Positions 57,151-64,000 of a DNA stretch of 64,000 nucleotides are shown piece after piece. The DNA is taken from positions 1,240,001 through 1,304,000 of the forward strand of contig LSRY02000003.1 of the NCBI GenBank assembly GCA_001643675.2, given 5' to 3'. A program made the position numbers and the translations under genes. Position 1 is the stretch's first letter. Each line of letters starts with the position of its first letter. The notes under the pieces are model-generated. The model was not told the DNA's origin and searched no databases. It saw nothing but the letters and a program-made list of their open reading frames with translations. The stretch is from Monocercomonoides exilis PA203 (Eukaryota > Protista > Preaxostyla).

Positions 57151-57461
57151 AAAAAAAGATCAATTCAGTTTCAGTTTTAAAAAAATAAAATGAAACGAGC
57201 TCAAAGAAAAGAATCGTAGAGCAGCGTTAACATATTATATGCTGACATGCGATATAAATGCTTTCAGAGATTGTTAATAGATGACGTCACGTCATTTTTT
57301 CACCATTCTGTTGAATAAAATTTCGAAAAAAAAAAAAATAAAAAATTCTCTTTTTATTTGCTTATTTTTATTTTTCTAATAATAACAGAAAATATCAAAA
57401 AAATAAAAATGTGCACAGATTCTGTGCTTTGTCATGAAAATAGAATAAAAACACATTTTGT

Positions 57462-57541
57462 AAAGAAGAAGAAGAAGAAGAAGAAGAAGAAGAAGAAGAA
57501 GAAGAAGAAGAAGAAGAAGAAGAAGAAGAAGAAGAAGAAGA
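57462..57541. repeat. (AAG)n microsatellite, intergenic
   Basis: Perfect trinucleotide array. Confidence 0.97.
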
Positions 57542-57679
57542 GAAGGAATAAGAAGAAAGTTAGTCTAATTCTCTGAAGCTATCTGATTTTGCATCTAATT
57601 GTGTTCAACATTTCTTGTTTTTCGGTTTCTTCTCAGAAACTCTTCTATTCTGTTGTTCATTTCCCACGACTCTTCAGTT

Positions 57680-59382
57680 TCAATCGCCCCAGTCCATATC
57701 TTCGTCTTCGTCGTCGTCTTCTTCTTCTTTCACAGCATTAGCTGCGTCTTTTGGATCTGACTTGTCCTGCGCACTCTTCAGCTTGTCCTGCTGAGCAAGC
57801 ATCATCATCTTGCTCAATGTCATCGTTGGTGGGGGAAGAAGTTTTTGATCTGGTTTTTCCCCCAAAAATTCGAAAAAAATTTTTTCAGTTCAAAAAAACA
57901 GCAGAAATACGACAATATTAGAAAAAAGAATGAAAATATGAAAAAGAAAATTAAAAAAAAAAAGCAAAATAGAAAATGTATAAACAAAGATTATTAAAAA
58001 AAATATTTAAATTTCAGAGAAATACAATATTAGCAAATAAAAATGACAACAACTGCATCTTGAAAAAAAAAACCGTATTTATAAGCACACTTTTCTTCAG
58101 GAAAGAAGGATGCCAAGGATGTTTGACCAGTCGATCAAACAGCTCGTCTGGAATAAGCTTAATCATTTCCATTGTCTTGTGGATGATGTCTCTCGCCTTC
58201 AGCTGCCGCAGCTCAGGCATATAAGTCATTTTGCTCATTCCGCTGCATGACCAATTGTAGAGTTTCAGCAAGATACATCATTATTAGCATTACAGCATTT
58301 TCAGCAATTATTTATCCAATAAATAAATAAATAAATTACGAATATTGTCTTCAAAAGAGAAAAAAAAATCTGATAAATGCAAACGCCTTAGTAACTTCAA
58401 AGATCTTTTCTTTCAGCAGAATGTATCGAGCACACACGCACACAACAATAAGATGCACTCCGTGAGACAACAGAAAATCCCACACAATCATCAACTCTTG
58501 AACAGGAAGGGCATCAACCAAAAATGACATAAGCGCTATGGCGAACAATTTTTGGTTAATCATTAAAAAAGATAACAGTTAAAACAAATATAAAATGAGA
58601 TGCTTAACAGCAATTAAAAAAAATATGCAAACATGAAAAAGCATAGACTGAAGTTGTCAATTGCCCTCTAAGGATATAATGGTGAAGCTCGGGCTCGCAA
58701 ATTTCAAATATCTCTTCCATGAGCTAATACAACAAATATTGTTTATAATTTTTAAATTTAATAGAATTTCAAACCGCTAATCCAGCATGAACGCCATCTA
58801 ACATTCCATAGACATAATTTGGACAATAACTGATGATAAATCGTCGAAAACAAAAGAATGCATCGACTTCAGGCATAACATACAAAAATGGCGCAAGCAT
58901 GAAAGACATTCCTTGGACGTAAGAAATATCAGATTGTATTTCACGCAAATAATGTTCTGTTGCATTTAGAACACGTACAAGCTTAACTTCAGCGACACCT
59001 TGCTTAAATTTATCGTCTTTCCCAAGAGTTCTAAAAGTATCGTCTCTAATTTTATCTCCAAGTTGGCACTTTTTGCGCGCAACCAACTCAAGATATAAGC
59101 CAGAATCGATTCTAGGAATTCTGAGTAATATTTTCCACACACGACCTCTTATACCATCTTCTCTATCATTTTCAATCTTGAAAGCACAAAAAATTGTTTA
59201 GAATTTATATTGAATTCCAGTGTCATCAAAAAAATAAAAAAAAAAAATCTTTATGCGATTCAAACTCCTTCAGAATCGGGTAATCCTTCTGATAAAATTA
59301 ACGAGCGCAATTTCCCCAAGATCTCATCGCATGTAAACGAATTAGAAGGATCTAAAAGTTTTTCATAATCAACTCTGGTCAT
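57680..59382 (-). CDS. BUB2: Bub2/Cdc16-like TBC-domain GAP, multi-exon
   Basis: LRSLILSEGLP, RGRVWKILL, IRDDTFRT (Arg finger), YVQGMS (Gln finger), CPNYVYGMLDGVHAG, VWDFLLSHGVHL, LVKHPW. Confidence 0.85.
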
Positions 59383-59514
59383 CCAGAAATATTTGTAAAA
59401 ATTTCAATGTGATCAAATCTGATCAATGAAGATTAAATTTACCATATTTATTTATGGAATATCAAAAGTGAAGCGTTTTGGTCTTATTAGAGCCGTTCAT
59501 TGTAGGAAGTTTTA

Positions 59515-62500
59515 ATGACAGATTCTCTTGATGGAGATTTCATTTGCTTTATGGAGTTCCATGACAAAGAAGGAGTATACATTTTTACAGAATTTAATTA
59601 ACAATTATTTGCTTATTCAATTTAATTAAAAGCCCATTCCTCTTCTAATTGATCCAGATACAGAAAAAATACGCAATATAGATTTTACAGAATTATGCTT
59701 AAAAATTATGTCAATTCCAAAAGACATATTGTCCCATTTTGATTGCGACTATTTACCTAGTGAAACATCAGCTTACGTTTCAATTCAGAACAGCTGCTTT
59801 AATGCATTCGTTTGTTCATGTGCTATCTTAATTTAAATTAAAAAGTTCGATGATTTAGGTTCATCATTTCCCTCTTTCAGATCTTGATTCAAGAGGATTT
59901 GCAAGAACATTTTCTCTTTGCTTCTTTTTTGAACAACAATTTAAAGCAAATTTAGTAATAAATGACCTCCAACGAGAATTCGAATTTGTTTGATTTTTCT
60001 TAACTTTTGTTGAAATTTAAATACATTATTTGTAACAATTTTCAGCTTTCTCATTTTATTCAAGCACAGTCATGGGTGCAATTCGAACTTGATTGCCTTC
60101 ATCGTATTCACACCCTTCATGTTTCTTATAGCAGATCTATTTCATGCTTTGATTCAGAGAACCTTCAACAATTGTCTGCCTTATCAAAAGAGGATAGCTT
60201 TGACGAATCATTTTTCTTCAAAAATCCTTTGCCAATCCCGTTTGCTCGCAAAGATCCGGAATCGATACCAATAAGTGCAAGCATGCAGAATGGAACAAAT
60301 GAGCTTAGCGAACTTGTGGAGGAAGAGTTTCGAATGAGACAACTTCTTCAGCATCGATGGGAAGTTTTAATAAGCAGAGGGATATTGCTTGTCGATGAAG
60401 AAAAGAAAAATTTTAAGCAGAATGAGTCGAATGATCGTTCTTCATTTAGTCATCCACTTTTGATAAAATTGTTACACTATGAATACGAGAATTTTACTGC
60501 GCTGACGAATGAAATTGAAGAAAAGAGAGCATGTTCAGCAAGATCAAATGAGCAGCTACAGTTTCCAATAATGCTGTTTCCATCGCTTTCTCATCTTTTC
60601 CCATCAAAAGAGTCGAACACATCTGCACCTGACCAAAAGCTGCTTTTATCAGATAGTAAATCAACTTCTTCTTCTGCATCGTCATCATCATCTTCTTTTT
60701 CTTCCTTATCTTCTTCTTCTTCTTCTACTACTACTACTACTACTACTTCTGCCTTGAGGCCATTTTCCAACTTGTTTGGGAACTGTTGGCCAGAAATAAC
60801 AATAACAACTTCCACACCACAATCATCTGGATTTTCTTCCTGTGAAAATACAATCCATCCAATTTCTTTGTTTTTATTGCGATTGAAGAAGATTCTTCAT
60901 TCATATTCCCGCCCTTTCTTCCATCTTCTCTGCGAAAGAGAACTTGGAAGCAGTCTTTCTTCTTCTCACTCTGCTTTTCATACAGACACTTCACAAAACC
61001 CTCTTTTGCCTTTTCTTTCATCATCGTCATCATCTTCATCTTCATCTTGTTCCTCTTCGTCCTTTCCTTCTTCATTGAAGTATTACACATCATCTGCACT
61101 GCATCACTTCACATCAAGCAACTTTCATCTTTTTTCTTCTTATCCATCAACTGATTCATATCAACCTCAATTCAATAATGATATACTTCTTCCTTCATCA
61201 TCATCATCGTCACCCCTTTCTTTCACATCGCATCCATTTCATTCTACATTCATGCCCTCTCTCTCTTTTTCTATCGGCACATTTCATCTTGCTGATTTTG
61301 TGGCAAATGACGAGCAATCTCCGAATGTTGGCTCGTTCTTTTTCCCTTCCACTGCTTCTGAATCGAGACAAAGACAGCTCAATTCCATCCTCAACAGCGG
61401 TTCATCATCATCATCTTCTTCATCATCATCTTCATCTTTTTCTTCTTCCTCTCGTGTTCATTTGTTCACATCTTTATCATCTTTTTCTTCTCCTCCTTCC
61501 TGTGGCATTTCTTCATCCAATCCATCAAAAGACAACACACTCGAAAAGAAGATATACAATCAGTCTCTTCTTCTTCCCTTCTTCCGCAATTCATTTTTAG
61601 ACAGAATGCTCATTTCTGGACAGCCTTTTCCTCAAATCATAAGAGCATCCACTCAAAATTCAATGAATTGTTCTTCAGAAGCATCAGCTTCTATTCAATT
61701 TGCAAGCACAAAGCCACAAATGATCTGTGAATCTTCTCAAGAACAGAAAATGTTTCAGCCAAAAGTTGGAGTGAATGATAACTCTTTATCTCCTCTTTTG
61801 TCCATCATACCTTCGTTTTTCTCTTTCATTCCTTCTCCCAATGATTCTTCTATCACGCATCATTTATCAACTTCTCCTGCACCATCAACTTCTTCTTCTT
61901 CTTCAACTTCTTCAACTTTAACATCCACCTCCTCATCATCCACATCATCATCATCTCCATTTCCACCCCAATCGAACGAACACGCTCCAAACTGCTACTC
62001 TCCCATCCTCTTTTCCCTCTCTCCTCCTTTTTTCTCCTTCTCATCTGTCGCCACACAATGGAAGTGGGTGGCGATGCGGTGTGCAATGAAAAAACAGCTT
62101 GAATTGTTCGGCTCTGCACTGAGTGACATGGACAAACTGGATCTCCACAGCAAGCTGGCCTCAATGGCACTATCACTTCGGGTGCTTTCTGACGCATCTT
62201 CTGCACCGATTGTGCCGTTCTCATTGAAGGCGTATGGAAGAGAAGGAAGCAGAAGCAAAGGGAGAGCTGGCAGTGTTGTGCTGATCAAAAGGGTTGTATC
62301 ATCATCGAAGATGCATTCAAGTGGGATGAGCGAGAATTCTACAGGAACTACACCAAAAGAACAGAATGAAGAAATTGGAATGAAAAATTTAACGAAAGAT
62401 GAATTGAATGTGAGTGCAAGTGGAGAGAATGGAGTGAAAAAAGAAGCAGATGAATCTGAAAGTGGTGCAATAAAAGCAGAGAATGAAGTCGGGGAAGTGA

Positions 62501-64000
62501 AAGAAGACATTTTCAAAGGAGATTCTCAAAATCCTTCACTCGATGAAAAGAAAGGAGAAAATAATGAAAGCACTCAAAGAAACAAATCATCAGAAGCCAC
62601 AGCAGAAAGAGAAGCAGGAACAGACAAAGAGTATTTAGATGCTGTTCTTGTTGATTCAGACGAGGACTTTGAGAACAAAGAAGCGACAAATCAAGTTGTT
62701 GGAAGTAGAAACAAAACAAGCAAGGAAGGAGAAGAAGAAGAAGAAGAAGGGAAAAACAACAGACACAAAACAGATTCGTTTTCTTTAAACAGAGTTTGTC
62801 AGATGAATGACGAGTTTGCGCTGAATCTTCTTCAGAAGCTGGTTGAACTTCCCAATTTAATCGAATGCGGTTCTGAGAGAGTGAGCCAAGCCGATCCTTC
62901 TTTAATGCAATTTTCTCATTCTGTGCATCAGACTCATTCATCTACTCCAACAGGCCCATCAAATACACATTCTTCTGATTTTTCTTCTTTTCCTCCAACT
63001 TCTCAAAGCAAACAGAACTCAACTGAACAACACCAACATCAACAACCACTTTCTTCCCTTTCTGTTTCTTTACTTCAACTTGCTCCTTCTCTTCTTCTGA
63101 CCAAAAGCGAATCTTTGCTTTTGCAACACAGATGCCACTCGGATTCGACTGTCTACGCAAATTTGAATTTTTTTTCTCCACTCTCTTTGCAGAGCTATTT
63201 CATAAGGTTTGAGCCATTTTGTGAAACTGATCGTTGTTCTTTGTGTGCTCACGAGTCGTGAATGCTTTTCATCATTGTGAGTTTCCTGAAGATTGATTGG
63301 AAAAAAAAATCAATAGAAAAAATTCAAGTCTTCATTAACGCACAAAAATCTGCGAAATTTTTTCTATTTTTTAAGATTTTTTGCATTCAAATGACAATTT
63401 TTCTGATATTTCTAATTAACATTTTATTTATTTCTTTTTCTTCTTCCTCTTTCTGTTGTTCTAATTCATTGATTGCTGAAATGCCATTCAGATATCCGTT
63501 TTTCCCATATGTTGTTTACAACGTGATGAAAGGCACTCCCTTGGTTGTCCACAGCACCGATGCGCAGCAGAAGATTGTTGAAAACCTCATCCACACACTC
63601 TCGTTTTTCCTTCCTGGTTTCTTTTTCTATTCTCAGACAGCATATTCATCGCCTTTGTTATCTTCTTCTCCTCATTCTCCTTCTTGTTCATCATCATCGT
63701 CGTCGTCCTCACCTTCGTCCTCCTCTTCTTTTCTTTTTCTTGTTCAGCCATGGCGCACGACCAGCCTTTCAATGTACGACCTACCTCGACTGAGGCTTTG
63801 CGGCTTGTCAAAAAGATTGAAAGTTCCTGTGCAAATGATGAACCACATTGTTTACTGGAACTTTGACAAAGATTTGATAAGGCTCTCACCAGCAAAGGGA
63901 ATCAAGGAGATTGTGGTGAGCAACAGAAAACCGTTCAGAAAGGGCGCAAAGAAGGCGATGAAGAAGCGGCTAGCTACGGACGAAGCATTCAATACAGATG
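59515..64000 (+). CDS. SMCR8: SMCR8-like (folliculin family) uDENN/longin protein, multi-exon, runs off the window
   Basis: Small exons absent from the ORF track: MTDSLDGDFICFMEFHDKEG|PIPLLIDP..LCLKIMSI..AF|VHHFPLSDLDSRGFARTFSLCF. These are followed by the 60046-63208 exon and an exon from ~63491 (RYPFFPYVVYNVMKGTPLVV). Confidence 0.8.

Noticed and set aside
57358-57576. Poly-Lys ORF
   Set aside because: Translation of the intergenic (AAG)n microsatellite.

Overview
Eukaryotic, AT-rich genomic DNA with short GT-AG introns, poly-Ser/poly-Glu-rich proteins and the standard genetic code. Its overall character resembles an oxymonad/metamonad protist such as Monocercomonoides (inference). The window holds two convergently oriented, intronless paralogs of a giant type-I membrane protein (1-4892 +, partial; 22375-31482 -). 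Each has a modular Cys/Gly-rich ectodomain, one TM helix and a degenerate TK/TKL-like C-lobe pseudokinase, and the pair shows patchwork nucleotide identity. Directly behind the first copy is a nest of DNA transposons invisible in the ORF track. A TA-flanked element (5205-9887) contains a 3.7-kb GGGTGA-TIR element with ATAT TSD that carries a decayed host-like gene, plus a 240-bp MITE inserted into its right TIR. A further MITE and an IS630/Tc1 pseudo-transposase follow, a pogo-type pseudo-transposase abuts the second copy, and a 355-bp foldback lies at 52.5 kb. Host genes, several reconstructed across introns: G3BP-like NTF2/RRM protein, TEX45/SAXO-like repeat protein, cathepsin B, AP-2 sigma, a lineage-specific family protein, RING-UIM protein, CFAP74, a coiled-coil protein, a SUN-domain protein, NSRP1/CCDC55, a Bub2/Cdc16 TBC GAP and an SMCR8-like uDENN protein. 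No tRNA, rRNA or CRISPR array was seen. All family calls are by-eye motif recognition, not database searches.
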